64,000 nucleotides of DNA from Pseudomonadales bacterium (lineage in GTDB: Bacteria > Pseudomonadota > Gammaproteobacteria > Pseudomonadales > GM7GCV1), in assembly GCA_965204215.1 (NCBI GenBank), contig CBDBDZ010000014.1, positions 101,252-165,251 of the forward strand. The letters are read 5' to 3'. Shown piece after piece: positions 39,977 through 50,947 of this stretch. Numbering within the stretch: position 1 is the first letter of the stretch; each line of letters starts with the position of its first letter. The notes under the pieces are model-generated. The model was not told the DNA's origin and made no database searches. It saw nothing but the letters and a program-made list of their open reading frames with translations. The translations under genes and the position numbers were made by a program.

Positions 39977-40138
39977 AACTTAGGAGAGTTAATATATGCA
40001 ACAACAAAAACGCTCTATTTGGAATTATTCACTTGAGGGCAATGAGTTAATAAAACAACGCAGAAAAAAACTAAAAAAGTAAATATCTGCTTGAATTTTG
40101 TTTAAACTAACAGGGAATACCCACCCTAAGCCATTTCC

Positions 40139-41908
40139 ATGTTTTATATTTCTAAATTAATTGTTACAACTATTTCCTTATTGGCATTGGTGTTGTCCAG
40201 TCATGCCAATATTTTGCGTTATGACTCCATACATCATCCCACTAGCGTAAACTCAGACAGGGGGATGGTGGTAGCTCAGGAAAAAATTGCTAGCCAGGTA
40301 GGGGCAAATATTTTGGGTATGGGAGGCAATGCCATTGATGCAGCTGTAGCGACTGGTTTTGCTTTGGCTGTTACCTACCCTCAAGCGGGTAATATTGGCG
40401 GTGGCGGTTTTATGCTAATTCACTTAGCCAAAGAGAATAAAACCATTGCGCTGGATTATAGAGAAATGGCACCAGCATTGGCATATCGAGATTTATTTCT
40501 GGATGACAACGGCGATGTCGACAACCAAAAAGCGCGTTTTAGCGCACTGGCAACCGCAGTGCCTGGCTCGGTAAAAGGTTTGGTGCATGCTCAGCAACGC
40601 TACGGAAAATTAACGCTTAAGCAAGTTATGCAACCTGCTATTGACCTTGCATTAAATGGCTTTTCCATTTCACCGACGCAAGCTTTTTCGTTTCAAAGAG
40701 TGAGTAAGCGCTTAAAACAATACAAGACTTCCAGCCAATATTTCCTTAAAGGCGATGGCACTAGTTACACAGAAGGAGAACTGTTTAAGCAGCCAGTATT
40801 GGGTGAGACGCTACAGCGAGTCGCTGAAACCAATGGTGATGATTTCTATACAGGTAAAACTGCAAAGTTATTAATTGAAGAAATTGAGCGCCAGGGTGGT
40901 ATTATGACATTGGAGGATTTGAAGAATTATCGTGTGGTAGAGCGTAAACCCTTAACAGGAAATTACCGAGGCTATACTGTTGTTTCCATGCCGCCACCTT
41001 CATCTGGCGGTGTTCACATTGTGCAGATGCTCAATATACTACAGCACTGGGATTTAAAATCATTAGGCTCGAACAGTAGCGAATATTTGCATAGACTGAT
41101 TGAAGTAATGAAACTGGCCTATGTTGATCGCAGCGTCTATCTTGGAGACAGCGACTTTTTCCCAGTACCAATTGAAAAATTGACCAGTAAAGAATATGCC
41201 ACAGCATTATTTAATCGTATCAATTTAGAAAAGGCCAAACGCTCAAAAGAAATGGAACCAGGGCTTGGTCCGCTTAACGGCAAAGATTGGGACAGCAGTA
41301 CTTATCAACTGATTCGGGAAAGCAGACAAACCACCCACTTTAATGTGTTTGATAAAGAAGGTAATGTTGTTGCTAATACTTATACTCTGAATTTTAGTTA
41401 CGGCAATGGCATCGCTGTGAGTGGCGCAGGATTTTTACTTAACAACGAAATGGATGATTTTTCAGCCAAACCAGGTGCGCCTAATGGCTATGGTTTAGTA
41501 GGGGCAGAAGCCAATGCAATAGAAGCTAAAAAGCGACCGCTTTCAAGCATGTCGCCCAGCATTGTGCTTAAAGGTAAACAACCCATTTTGGCAGTAGGAG
41601 CACCAGGGGGGAGCCGTATTATTACATCAACGCTGCAAACCATTATCAATGTGATTGACTTTGAAATGAACATAGCCGAAGCTATTGCCACACCAAGGAT
41701 TCACCACCAATGGTTGCCTGATGTTGTTGCCACTGAAAAAGGATTGTCGCCAGATACTGTTGTCTTACTTCAAGATAAAGGTCATATCCTTAGACCCACG
41801 CGTTGGACCATTGGCAAAGTACAAGGTATTCATTGGAATAATGGAAGATTATCTGGTTTTAGCGACCCGCGCTGGCCAGATGGTGGTGTAGGTGTAGAAC
41901 CTGACTGA
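40139..41908 (+). CDS. ggt: gamma-glutamyltransferase
   Basis: 589 aa with a signal peptide, the autoprocessing Thr context SRQTTHFNV, and the C-terminal GFSDPR. Confidence 0.9.
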   Translation: MFYISKLIVTTISLLALVLSSHANILRYDSIHHPTSVNSDRGMVVAQEKIASQVGANILGMGGNAIDAAVATGFALAVTYPQAGNIGGGGFMLIHLAKENKTIALDYREMAPALAYRDLFLDDNGDVDNQKARFSALATAVPGSVKGLVHAQQRYGKLTLKQVMQPAIDLALNGFSISPTQAFSFQRVSKRLKQYKTSSQYFLKGDGTSYTEGELFKQPVLGETLQRVAETNGDDFYTGKTAKLLIEEIERQGGIMTLEDLKNYRVVERKPLTGNYRGYTVVSMPPPSSGGVHIVQMLNILQHWDLKSLGSNSSEYLHRLIEVMKLAYVDRSVYLGDSDFFPVPIEKLTSKEYATALFNRINLEKAKRSKEMEPGLGPLNGKDWDSSTYQLIRESRQTTHFNVFDKEGNVVANTYTLNFSYGNGIAVSGAGFLLNNEMDDFSAKPGAPNGYGLVGAEANAIEAKKRPLSSMSPSIVLKGKQPILAVGAPGGSRIITSTLQTIINVIDFEMNIAEAIATPRIHHQWLPDVVATEKGLSPDTVVLLQDKGHILRPTRWTIGKVQGIHWNNGRLSGFSDPRWPDGGVGVEPD

Positions 41909-41926
41909 AGCACGGTGGTCTGGTCA

Positions 41927-43750
41927 CTAAGAAAATATGTGATAGGCGAGTAGTGCCAGGGTGTAGGAAAGTACACCATAACCTACCAACATTTTGCTGG
42001 CTAGCCATTTTGACTGGCTCTCTTTACTGAGGATGGCGAGGGTCGATATGCATTGTAGCGCTAAAGCAAATAGTATAAGCAAGGCGATGCCAGAGCCGAT
42101 GGGAAGTCCGCTTTGTTGAATGGTTTCAACCAGTGGTAAAACAGCTTCATCAGCGCCTTCAATGCCAAATAGTGTTCCCAATGTGCCTACAAAGACTTCG
42201 CGTGCCAAAAAGGAGGTAAGCACTGCGACACCGTAGCGCCAGTCTAATCCAAGTGGTGCAAAGACAGGTTCGATATACTGCCCAGTAATACCCAGCCAGG
42301 ATTGACCTAAATCTGCGCCTTGATTGGGGAAATAACCTAGTATCCAGATAGCGACGGTCACCATTAAAATAATTTTTCCGGCTTTGGTAATAAAATGTTT
42401 TGAGCGATTGATGGCATTGCGAATTAATGGTATTGCTACAGGTAAGCGATAAGCTGGCATTTCCAGGACGAAAGGCAAATCATTTTGGTTATTGGTTTGG
42501 GTGCGTGATGCAATGCCAGTAATAATCAAAGCGCAAAAAATGCCAAAGAAATACATAGTAAACATGGCTAAGCCCTGCCAGCCGACTAATCCCCAAAGTG
42601 CGGTATTGTTGGGAATAAACGCTGCAATTAACAGGGTGTAAACAGGCAGTCTTGCAGAGCAAGGCATGAGCGGGATTGCCATATAGGTAAACAGGCGTTT
42701 GCGTGGGGAGTCTATGGAGCGCGCCGCATAAATGGCAGGTATGGCGCAGGCAACACCAGAGAGTAGAGGGATAAAACTTTTCCCCGTCAGCCCGAAAAAT
42801 CGCAAGGGCCGATGACAGATTAATGCTGCTCGGGCTAAATAGCCAGAGTCTTCCAAAAAACCGATAATGAGCGTTAAGATAAAAATTTGCGGTACAAAGA
42901 CTAAAAAGGCACCAATACCACCAAATAGCGCATCGGCTGTAAAGTCTTTTAACATGTTATTGCTAATAAAGGGCAATATCCAATTGGCTGTCTGTTCAAC
43001 GGATAATTCAACGAAATCCATAAAGGGAGCAGACCATGTAAAAACGGACTGAAATAGTAGATACATAACCACAAAAAACAATAAGCCTCCCAGCCCAGAG
43101 TGCAAGAATAAATTATCGAATTTGTGTTGCGTATTCACTAAAGTATCACCTTTGGGACCATAGCGATGAGATAGAGTATGGGCTTCGCCACGCAATATGA
43201 TGTCATCGACTTCAGCTAAATTATTAGCAGTGGAATTTTGGCCATCCCTATTTTTTAGCGTTTGAATAAGTTGATCAATACCTTTGCCAGAGCGGGCGGA
43301 TAAGGGTAATATTGGTGTGTTTAAATAATTAGCCAGACCATCAAGGTCGCATTCCAGCTGATTGTTTTCTACTATATCCATCATATTGGCTATCAAGAAA
43401 ACGGGTTTATTATGCTTTTGACATTCGCGCACGACTTGCAGGCTGAAATAGAGACTTTTCTCCATTCGAGTTACGTCAAATACGCATAGCACTGCACTTA
43501 AGAATTTATCATTCAATGATTTTTGAAACTCATTGACAGCAACTTCCTCTTCAGCAGAAATGGGGTTTAGCGAATAAGTGCCAGGGAAATCAATCAGTTC
43601 AACATTGTCTAATCCCTGGAATTTGCCACTGGCGACATCAACCGTTATGCCGGGGAAATTGGCAACTTTTTGACTAAGCCCCGTAAGTCTGTTAAATAAC
43701 AGACTTTTGCCTGAATTTGGACTACCTACTAAAAGAATGGATTGAGTCAT
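41927..43750 (-). CDS. feoB: ferrous iron transporter B
   Basis: 607 aa with an N-terminal G domain (GSPNSGKSLLFNRLTG) and a polytopic membrane domain. Confidence 0.9.
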   Translation of the reverse strand: MTQSILLVGSPNSGKSLLFNRLTGLSQKVANFPGITVDVASGKFQGLDNVELIDFPGTYSLNPISAEEEVAVNEFQKSLNDKFLSAVLCVFDVTRMEKSLYFSLQVVRECQKHNKPVFLIANMMDIVENNQLECDLDGLANYLNTPILPLSARSGKGIDQLIQTLKNRDGQNSTANNLAEVDDIILRGEAHTLSHRYGPKGDTLVNTQHKFDNLFLHSGLGGLLFFVVMYLLFQSVFTWSAPFMDFVELSVEQTANWILPFISNNMLKDFTADALFGGIGAFLVFVPQIFILTLIIGFLEDSGYLARAALICHRPLRFFGLTGKSFIPLLSGVACAIPAIYAARSIDSPRKRLFTYMAIPLMPCSARLPVYTLLIAAFIPNNTALWGLVGWQGLAMFTMYFFGIFCALIITGIASRTQTNNQNDLPFVLEMPAYRLPVAIPLIRNAINRSKHFITKAGKIILMVTVAIWILGYFPNQGADLGQSWLGITGQYIEPVFAPLGLDWRYGVAVLTSFLAREVFVGTLGTLFGIEGADEAVLPLVETIQQSGLPIGSGIALLILFALALQCISTLAILSKESQSKWLASKMLVGYGVLSYTLALLAYHIFS

Positions 43751-43762
43751 TTATGTTTAATT

Positions 43763-44008
43763 CTAAACAATCTTAATAATTAATTGGCTGGCTATGGATT
43801 CATCCAGGGCATAAACCGTGTTGCTGACACGGTAAATTTTGGGTGCCCCTAAATTTGGAGAATTGAGGCATTGCAGGCGCTCGCCAGGGTGAAAGCCCAG
43901 TTCCAGTAAACGAATTTTATAATTTTGGGGCAAATTGTCGGAAAATTTTACCAATTCACAATGAACCCCTTCTGGTAGCGTCCAGAGCGATTCGCTAGTT
44001 GATATCAT
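43763..44008 (-). CDS. feoA: FeoA family protein
   Basis: 81 aa, an SH3-like FeoA (LELGFHPGERL), lying upstream of feoB. Confidence 0.85.
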   Translation of the reverse strand: MISTSESLWTLPEGVHCELVKFSDNLPQNYKIRLLELGFHPGERLQCLNSPNLGAPKIYRVSNTVYALDESIASQLIIKIV

Positions 44009-44025
44009 GGAAATTAAGTAAAAGT

Positions 44026-44044
44026 GATAATAAGAATAATTATC
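44026..44044. promoter_or_regulatory. Fur box upstream of feoA
   Basis: GATAATAAGAATAATTATC matches the consensus GATAATGATAATCATTATC at 16 of 19 positions. It lies 18 bp upstream of the feoA start. Confidence 0.7.
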
Positions 44045-44074
44045 ATTTAAATAATTTTATAAGTCAATCGCTAT

Positions 44075-45157
44075 TTATTGCGTCAGAGTCAATAACTGAT
44101 TGGCTTGATGTTCATTTGACAGGGTTTGAAAAATTTCCGTCAAATCGCCCTGCATAATTTCCTCTAATTTGTACAATGTAAGGTTAATTCGGTGGTCAGT
44201 CATACGCCCTTGAGGATAATTATAGGTGCGAATGCGTTCAGAGCGATCACCACTACCCACCAAGCTCTTCCGAGTGTCGGCATGTTCTTGAGTTTGTTGG
44301 TCTTCTTGTCGCATGTTGAGTTTGGCTTGTAACACAGACATAGCTTTGGCTTTATTTTTGTGTTGCGAGCGTTCATCTTGACATTCCACCACAATGCCAC
44401 TGGGAATGTGGGTAATGCGAATGGCAGAATCGGTTTTATTTACATGCTGACCACCTTTGCCAGAGGCTCTGAAGGTATCAATTCGCAAGTCGGTTTTGTT
44501 GATGTCAATATCTTCTAATACGTCGGCTTCGGGTAAAATGGCAACCGTGCAGGCAGAAGTGTGAACGCGCCCTTGCGATTCTGTTTCAGGAACACGTTGT
44601 ACGCGGTGCGCGCCTGATTCAAATTTCAATTTTGAATAGACATTTTCACCACTAATGCGAGTGATAATTTCCTTATAACCGCCGTGGTCACCCTCCCGAA
44701 ATGACAGTATTTCGGTTCTCCAGCGAACATTTTCGGCATAACGGCTATACATGCGAAATAAATCTCCTGCAAAAATGGCGGCCTCGTCACCGCCAGTACC
44801 GGCTCGAATTTCCAGGAAAATATTTTTGTCATCGTTAGGGTCTTTGGGCAATAGTAGCTTTTGTAAACCCAGTTCCAAATTGGCAATTTTCTCATCGCTG
44901 GTTTCCAGTTCTTCCTTAGCCATTTCACGCAGCTCTTGATCATTGTCTTCCATCATCAGCATGGCGGTGTCGCGGTCTGCCACAGCTAACTGGTAGTTGG
45001 AGAAGGTTTTAACTAAATCTTCAAGTTCGCTGTATTCTTTCGACAGTTCACGAAAACGATTTTGGTCGCTGATAATTTCAGGGTCGCTTAGTAGTGCACC
45101 GATTTCTTCAAAGCGCTCGACCATCATTTGTAATTTTTGTAATAAAGATTCTTTCAT
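44075..45157 (-). CDS. prfA: peptide chain release factor 1
   Basis: 360 aa with the GGQ loop ([14 protein letters not shown]) and the RF1-type PxT tripeptide (PET). Confidence 0.92.
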   Translation of the reverse strand: MKESLLQKLQMMVERFEEIGALLSDPEIISDQNRFRELSKEYSELEDLVKTFSNYQLAVADRDTAMLMMEDNDQELREMAKEELETSDEKIANLELGLQKLLLPKDPNDDKNIFLEIRAGTGGDEAAIFAGDLFRMYSRYAENVRWRTEILSFREGDHGGYKEIITRISGENVYSKLKFESGAHRVQRVPETESQGRVHTSACTVAILPEADVLEDIDINKTDLRIDTFRASGKGGQHVNKTDSAIRITHIPSGIVVECQDERSQHKNKAKAMSVLQAKLNMRQEDQQTQEHADTRKSLVGSGDRSERIRTYNYPQGRMTDHRINLTLYKLEEIMQGDLTEIFQTLSNEHQANQLLTLTQ

Positions 45158-45187
45158 TAATATTATTTTTAATTTATCAGGATGCTT

Positions 45188-46258
45188 TTACAAGCTATCA
45201 CGTATTTTTATAATGTCTTTGGAATTGGCAGGTAATGAAAATATTACGCCATCTTCACCCAGGGTATAGTCGGGGAATATGTCATCAGCACCATTTAGAA
45301 ATAGACTTTCCTGGCCAGGTACAACAATGGGTGGCACAATGTGATAGTAGAGCAGGTGACCGACATTTGCGTCTCTGGCAATTTGTGCCGCTTCTTTGGG
45401 CGATGCGTGATAGTTGAGAATATCCAAGGTGACTTGACTTATAATGTCATTACCAATGGTATTGGCGGCTTGATGCATTTGCATGACTAAATTTGGGGAC
45501 AGAGCCTCATGTACTAATAAATCAATACCTTTGGAAAAATGTTTGACATTATCTGATGCAATGGTGTCACCAGTGATAAGTAAAGTGCGACCTTTGTAAC
45601 TAAAACGATACCCCACCGCGGGCACAACAGGAGCATGGTCAACTGCTAAGGCTTCAATTGTTAAGTGATTTTCGGCTATTAATGTTTCAAGTTGCCCAAC
45701 AGCTGGAGTGGAGTATTCTTTGGCAACCATACCCCACCCACTTTGCGGAGCAACGCCATCGCCATGATGTTCGTAGCGGTAGACTTTATCCAGAGCATAG
45801 GCATTATTAAAGCCATTGACAACTTGTTGCAGACCCGTTGGGCCATATACTGGTAGTGGTGCTTTATTAGCAGCGCCAACCCAGCGAATGGTTGCCAGTT
45901 CACCGAGTCCATCAATATGGTCAGAGTGATAATGGGTTAAAAACACCGCTTCGATTTGTCCAGCTTGTAAACCCATGCGGCCTATATTGCGCAGGCCATC
46001 CGTACCTGCGTCTACCACAAACATGCGAGTGCCAGCTATAACAACAACACAAGGCCCTGAAGCTTTAGGTGCGGCTAGTGGACCACCAGCACCACAAAGC
46101 GCCAAGTGCAAACCGTCACTTAATTCGGTAATTAAGTCGCTATCCATTCGATTTATCAAAGCCTTTTCCATAAAGGTGGTTAAAATTCGATTTTTTTGGG
46201 TATAGAGTATCACCACTAGCAATAGGGAGATAATGGTGAAGATAACTTTTTTACTCAT
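45188..46258 (-). CDS. MBL-fold metallo-hydrolase with N-terminal membrane anchor
   Basis: 356 aa with the HYHSDHIDG metal-binding motif. Confidence 0.8.
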   Translation of the reverse strand: MSKKVIFTIISLLLVVILYTQKNRILTTFMEKALINRMDSDLITELSDGLHLALCGAGGPLAAPKASGPCVVVIAGTRMFVVDAGTDGLRNIGRMGLQAGQIEAVFLTHYHSDHIDGLGELATIRWVGAANKAPLPVYGPTGLQQVVNGFNNAYALDKVYRYEHHGDGVAPQSGWGMVAKEYSTPAVGQLETLIAENHLTIEALAVDHAPVVPAVGYRFSYKGRTLLITGDTIASDNVKHFSKGIDLLVHEALSPNLVMQMHQAANTIGNDIISQVTLDILNYHASPKEAAQIARDANVGHLLYYHIVPPIVVPGQESLFLNGADDIFPDYTLGEDGVIFSLPANSKDIIKIRDSL

Positions 46259-46448
46259 TGATGTTATAAGTCGTGGTGTTTGATGGAGTTTGTTGTTTTT
46301 TGCCTTCTTCTAAAAAAATTTGACCCCAAAAGTAAAGTAACCCAAAAAACGATATTAGGCTAATAACTGATATTACTGCTAAAAAAAGCAGTATAGCATT
46401 AACAAAGTTTAAATAGCGTTTGGATTTTCTAAGGCCTACGGGGTTCAT
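46251..46448 (-). CDS. small hypothetical membrane protein
   Basis: 65 aa with one long hydrophobic stretch. It overlaps both neighbours by a few nucleotides, which suggests operon coupling. Confidence 0.5.
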   Translation of the reverse strand: MNPVGLRKSKRYLNFVNAILLFLAVISVISLISFFGLLYFWGQIFLEEGKKQQTPSNTTTYNINE

Positions 46449-47455
46449 TTATTCTTTAAAGTTTTAATGGCTTCTGCCAATTGAAATACTGCCATAGCAT
46501 AGAGCTTACTGCGATTGTAGCGGGTAATCACATAAAAGTTGTGTAGACCAATCCAATATTCTGTTTCAGATTCTGCCTTTAGTGCCATTAATGTGACTTT
46601 ATCGTCTTCCGTCATAGAGGTATTAAAAACCAAAGGTTGACCTAGTTGAGTTTGCAGTTGTCTAACTGTGCGCTTTGGTTTTAATGTTGTATCGACGAAT
46701 TCAGGGGCGATGTCAGAGGGTGAAATTTTAAAGGTAACATTGCCGCCAATTTTCCAGTGGTGCTTGCTAAAGTAATTTGCCACACTCCAAATAGCATCGC
46801 TTTCATTATTCCAAATATCGGCAAATTTATCGCCATCGTAGTCTACGGAAAAATTTCTGTAACTGCTGGGAATAAATTGGCCATAACCCATAGCTCCAGC
46901 GTAAGAACCTGTCAGGCTCAGCGGTGATTGGTTTTGTTCGCGAGCGAGCAACAAGAAGTTTTCCAGTTCTTTAGCAAAAAATTTTGCACGCTGGGGGTAA
47001 TCAAAGCCCAGTGTGCTTAAAGCATCCATTACGCGGTAGCTACCTTTTATTTTCCCGTAAAAAGTTTCAACCCCAATAATGGAGACAATAATTTCGGCAG
47101 GAACACCAAATTGTTGCTCCATTTCGCTCAAGACTTTTTGATTTTTGTTCCAAAATTTCACACCACCACTGATACGATTGTCTTTTATAAAAATGTTGCG
47201 ATAACGAGCCCAAGTAAATTTTTTCTCTGCTGGTTTTGAAATGGCATCTATAATACTTTGCTTGTATTTAACCTGGCTAAACCACTTAACTAATTGCTTT
47301 TCTTCAAAGCCGTGTTGTTTAACCATATTATCGATAAAGGCTTTAACATCGCTTCGGGTAGCATAATTAATGTTTTTATTGTCGCTGGGAATGGCATGAG
47401 TGCAAATTAAAATAAACAATAATGGAGCGTAAAGAAGTTTGGTGATGAATTGCAT
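46445..47455 (-). CDS. mltB: lytic murein transglycosylase B
   Basis: 336 aa with GVETFYG and AGAMGYGQFIPSSY. Confidence 0.88.
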   Translation of the reverse strand: MQFITKLLYAPLLFILICTHAIPSDNKNINYATRSDVKAFIDNMVKQHGFEEKQLVKWFSQVKYKQSIIDAISKPAEKKFTWARYRNIFIKDNRISGGVKFWNKNQKVLSEMEQQFGVPAEIIVSIIGVETFYGKIKGSYRVMDALSTLGFDYPQRAKFFAKELENFLLLAREQNQSPLSLTGSYAGAMGYGQFIPSSYRNFSVDYDGDKFADIWNNESDAIWSVANYFSKHHWKIGGNVTFKISPSDIAPEFVDTTLKPKRTVRQLQTQLGQPLVFNTSMTEDDKVTLMALKAESETEYWIGLHNFYVITRYNRSKLYAMAVFQLAEAIKTLKNK

Positions 47456-47461
47456 AAATAT

Positions 47462-48622
47462 TTAGAGCGGTTTGTATAAATAGGGATTAGAAAATTTGGT
47501 GGATTGGTCTTGAGCTATGGCCATTAATATACCAAACCCAACCAGCAAAGTTAAAAGTGCAGTGCCTCCGTAACTCACAAGAGGCAGCGGAATGCCTACA
47601 ATGGGTAAAATACCTGCAACCATACCTGCATTGACAAAGGTATAAGTAAAAAATACCGTGATGATGCCGCTGCCTAAAATGCGATTGTATAAGCTTCTTG
47701 CATTAAAGCTTATCCATAATCCTCTGGCAACAATAAGTAAGTATAGTGAAAATAAAATTAAAATGCCTCTTAAACCGAATTCCTCTGCAATTACGGCAAT
47801 AATAAAATCGGTGTGGCTTTCAGGTAAAAAATCTAATTGCGACTGAGTACCCTGCTGCCAGCCTTTTCCAGCCCAGCCGCCAGAACCTATGGCAATTTTT
47901 GATTGAATAATATGCCAGCCTGAACCTAATCTATCAGCACTCGGATTTAGTAGCGTCAAAATGCGTTGCTGCTGATATTCATACAGTATCCAATTCCAAA
48001 TAACAGGGATGCTGATTAAAAATAACAGAATTGCCGATGCGATAATTTTCCAGCTTAAACCAGCAATAAATATAATGGTCAAGCCGCTGCTGGCAATTAA
48101 TAGCGCTGTTCCTAAATCGGGTTGTTCGAGTATTAATATTAATGGAATGAATATTAAAATTACAGCAACGCAGAGCGTTTTAAATTTGATAGGAACAGAA
48201 TATTTGGCGACATAACTGGCAACAAACAAGGGGAGTGCTAATTTCATAATTTCTGAAGGCTGAAACCTAAAGCCAATATTTAGCCAGCGCTGGGCACCCT
48301 TGCTTTCATCGCCAAAAAATAGAACTGCAAGTAATAGTCCTAAAGTGCCGATATAGGCGACCCAGCTCCATTCTTGCCAAAATAATATGGGTATATGTGC
48401 CACTACAACCATGGTTAGTAATCCTACAATAATAAACTTCAGCTGGCTCCAAAAGTAAGGATCATTAGTGCCAGATGTGCTGTAAAGCATGAGCAGCGAG
48501 ATGGATAGCAGGCATAAAATGAGTAATAAAAGCATACCATCTATACGTAGCCTCTTTACAATAACAGGGGTATCGGTCGAAATTTTGTGTGAAAATTCCT
48601 GCAAAATGTGATGATTATTCAT
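47462..48622 (-). CDS. rodA: rod shape-determining protein RodA (SEDS)
   Basis: I trimmed the ORF to ATG 48622 (MNNHHILQ), which overlaps the mrdA stop. It is a polytopic SEDS protein with ESHTDFI and the C-terminal PLPLVSYGGT. Confidence 0.88.
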   Translation of the reverse strand: MNNHHILQEFSHKISTDTPVIVKRLRIDGMLLLLILCLLSISLLMLYSTSGTNDPYFWSQLKFIIVGLLTMVVVAHIPILFWQEWSWVAYIGTLGLLLAVLFFGDESKGAQRWLNIGFRFQPSEIMKLALPLFVASYVAKYSVPIKFKTLCVAVILIFIPLILILEQPDLGTALLIASSGLTIIFIAGLSWKIIASAILLFLISIPVIWNWILYEYQQQRILTLLNPSADRLGSGWHIIQSKIAIGSGGWAGKGWQQGTQSQLDFLPESHTDFIIAVIAEEFGLRGILILFSLYLLIVARGLWISFNARSLYNRILGSGIITVFFTYTFVNAGMVAGILPIVGIPLPLVSYGGTALLTLLVGFGILMAIAQDQSTKFSNPYLYKPL

Positions 48623-50465
48623 TAATAGCTGCCTGTTGAGACATTGCTGTTCTTTGTGTTTTTGATAGCCAATGATTAATGGCAGCAACGGCAACCAAAC
48701 CTGCCGATTTGGTGCTGGTTTCACCATTTTCTACAATCACTGCAATGGCAATACTAGGATTGTCAACAGGTGCAAAGGCAATAAACCAGGCGTGGTCGCG
48801 CTGACGCTCAGTCAGTTGTTCAGAGTCATATTCTTTATCTTGTTCAATACTGACGACTTGTGCTGTACCCGTTTTAGATGCAATTTTAAATGTTGTCTTT
48901 CGGTTTAAACTGGCAGCGGTTCCTTTATAGTGGTGTACTACGTCGATCATTGATTGGTGAACTAATTGCCAATGCCTGTCCTCTATTTCTATGGTATTAC
49001 TAACGATATTGTCGATGGTTTTACCATCAATACGTTTAATCATTTTAGGCGGAATGACAACACCTTTACGAGCAATAATTGCGGTATTTTGTGCCATTTG
49101 TAGCGGGGTGACTAGCATGTCACCTTGACCGATGGAAGTGTTAACTGTTTCTCCATCAGACCACTTTTTGATTTTAGGCGTTGGCATTAAGCCCGGCTTT
49201 TCCTGAGGCATATCAATACCAGTAGGCAGGCCAATATTGAGTTGGTTGGCTGTTTTGCTTAAAGTGGTGATACCTGTCTTTAAGCCTAATTCATAGAAAA
49301 ACACATCACAAGACTGAGCGATGGACTGCCTTAAATTGACAATACCGTGGCCTGCGCGCTTCCAATCGCGGTATTTCCTACCATTACCTGGGATTTGAAT
49401 ATAGCCATTGTCTTTAATTTTAGTTTGCTCGGTAATTGTACCAGCTTGTAGTGCAGACAAGGCAAAAGTTGGTTTTATAATTGAGCCTGGTGGATATTGC
49501 CCCAGTAAGGCGCGGTTGAGCAATGGTTTATCTGGGTTGGAGAGAATGTTTTGGTAGGCTTTATGACTAATACCAGTAACAAAAGGATTGCTATCAAATG
49601 TTGGCATGCTAACCATTGCCAGGATGCCTCCTGTTTTTACACTAATCGCTACTGCTGCACCACGTCTATTTTCCATTTGCTTGTGGATGACTTGCTGTAA
49701 TTCGGCATCAAGATACAATTGAATTTCACTACCTTGTTCCGCTATTTGTCGTTCTATGGAACGCAAGACTCTTCCCGATACATTTGTCTCCACCGATTCA
49801 TAACCCAAGTGTCCAAGCAGCTCAGACTCATATTGCTTTTCAATACCAATTTTGCCAATAAGGTGAGTGCCCTCGTAGCGTTGTTTATCTAGTGTTTTTT
49901 GTTCTTGCAAGTTAATTCTGCCAACGTAGCCCAGCACATGAGACATTTGCTCTTTGAAAGGATAGTTTCGTGCCAGCGTTGCTTGTACTTCCATGCCAGG
50001 CAATCGGTATTCATTTATCGCTAAAATAGCAACTTCTTGTTCTGACAACTGAAACTTGAGTGGGACACGTTGGTAGGGCAGGCTTTTAAAGCGGTTTAAA
50101 TGTTGCCAGAACTCTTCAACTTCGTCATCAGAAATTTTAATGATTTGTCTAATGTGAGTGACGAGCTGTTTAATGTTGGTGCTGTGTTCAGGAATGATAT
50201 TTAATTCAAAACTCGGTACGTTTTGAGCTAAAACAATACCATTTCTGTCTGTAATTAAGCCTCGAAGTGGAGCAATGGAACGCCCATGTACACGGTTTTG
50301 ATCAGATAATGTGGTAAAGTTGGAGTTGAGGGTAATTTGCAAATAATAGAACCTTGCCAAGATAATACCTATTAGTAACAGTATTATTCCAGCCATAATA
50401 GTTACCCGCTTTCTAGAAATTTTTTTTTCTATGTGTCCGCTATTCAAGGAAGATTCGTTAAACAT
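48615..50465 (-). CDS. mrdA: penicillin-binding protein 2
   Basis: 616 aa. The S-x-x-K motif is in PGSIIKP and the KTG motif is in SKTGTAQ. Confidence 0.92.
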   Translation of the reverse strand: MFNESSLNSGHIEKKISRKRVTIMAGIILLLIGIILARFYYLQITLNSNFTTLSDQNRVHGRSIAPLRGLITDRNGIVLAQNVPSFELNIIPEHSTNIKQLVTHIRQIIKISDDEVEEFWQHLNRFKSLPYQRVPLKFQLSEQEVAILAINEYRLPGMEVQATLARNYPFKEQMSHVLGYVGRINLQEQKTLDKQRYEGTHLIGKIGIEKQYESELLGHLGYESVETNVSGRVLRSIERQIAEQGSEIQLYLDAELQQVIHKQMENRRGAAVAISVKTGGILAMVSMPTFDSNPFVTGISHKAYQNILSNPDKPLLNRALLGQYPPGSIIKPTFALSALQAGTITEQTKIKDNGYIQIPGNGRKYRDWKRAGHGIVNLRQSIAQSCDVFFYELGLKTGITTLSKTANQLNIGLPTGIDMPQEKPGLMPTPKIKKWSDGETVNTSIGQGDMLVTPLQMAQNTAIIARKGVVIPPKMIKRIDGKTIDNIVSNTIEIEDRHWQLVHQSMIDVVHHYKGTAASLNRKTTFKIASKTGTAQVVSIEQDKEYDSEQLTERQRDHAWFIAFAPVDNPSIAIAVIVENGETSTKSAGLVAVAAINHWLSKTQRTAMSQQAAINE

Positions 50466-50932
50466 TATTCGCGATGGTAAGGGTGACCACTGTTAATGGT
50501 ACAGGCTCTATATAATTGTTCGGTGAACACTAATTTAACGATTTGATGTGGCAGAGTTAGTGCTGATAGCGATAATAATAAATCGGCTCTTCGTTTGCAA
50601 TCGTCAGATAAACCATTAGCCCCGCCGATAATAATCTTTATTGTTTTTCCCAGGATTTGCCATTTGTCTAACAATTGCGCCAAATCAACTGAATTGATGG
50701 TTTTGCCTTTGACGTCCAAGGCTACTATCAAGTTGTCATTATTTATGGCTTTTAAAATTTTCTGACCTTCTTCCTCTATTTGTTGTTGTGTATTGTTGCG
50801 ATGACTTTTGGATATTGCAATCTCGCGTAATGATAGCTTTAAGTGTTTGGGTAAACGCCGTTGATAATCTGCGAAGCCCGAGGCGACCCAATCGGGCATT
50901 TTGTTGCCAATGGCAATGATTTCAATTTGCAC
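50465..50932 (-). CDS. rlmH: 23S rRNA (pseudouridine1915-N3)-methyltransferase
   Basis: 155 aa, SPOUT family. It sits in the conserved position between rsfS and mrdA. Confidence 0.9.
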   Translation of the reverse strand: MQIEIIAIGNKMPDWVASGFADYQRRLPKHLKLSLREIAISKSHRNNTQQQIEEEGQKILKAINNDNLIVALDVKGKTINSVDLAQLLDKWQILGKTIKIIIGGANGLSDDCKRRADLLLSLSALTLPHQIVKLVFTEQLYRACTINSGHPYHRE

Positions 50933-50947
50933 AACTTAAATATGCTA

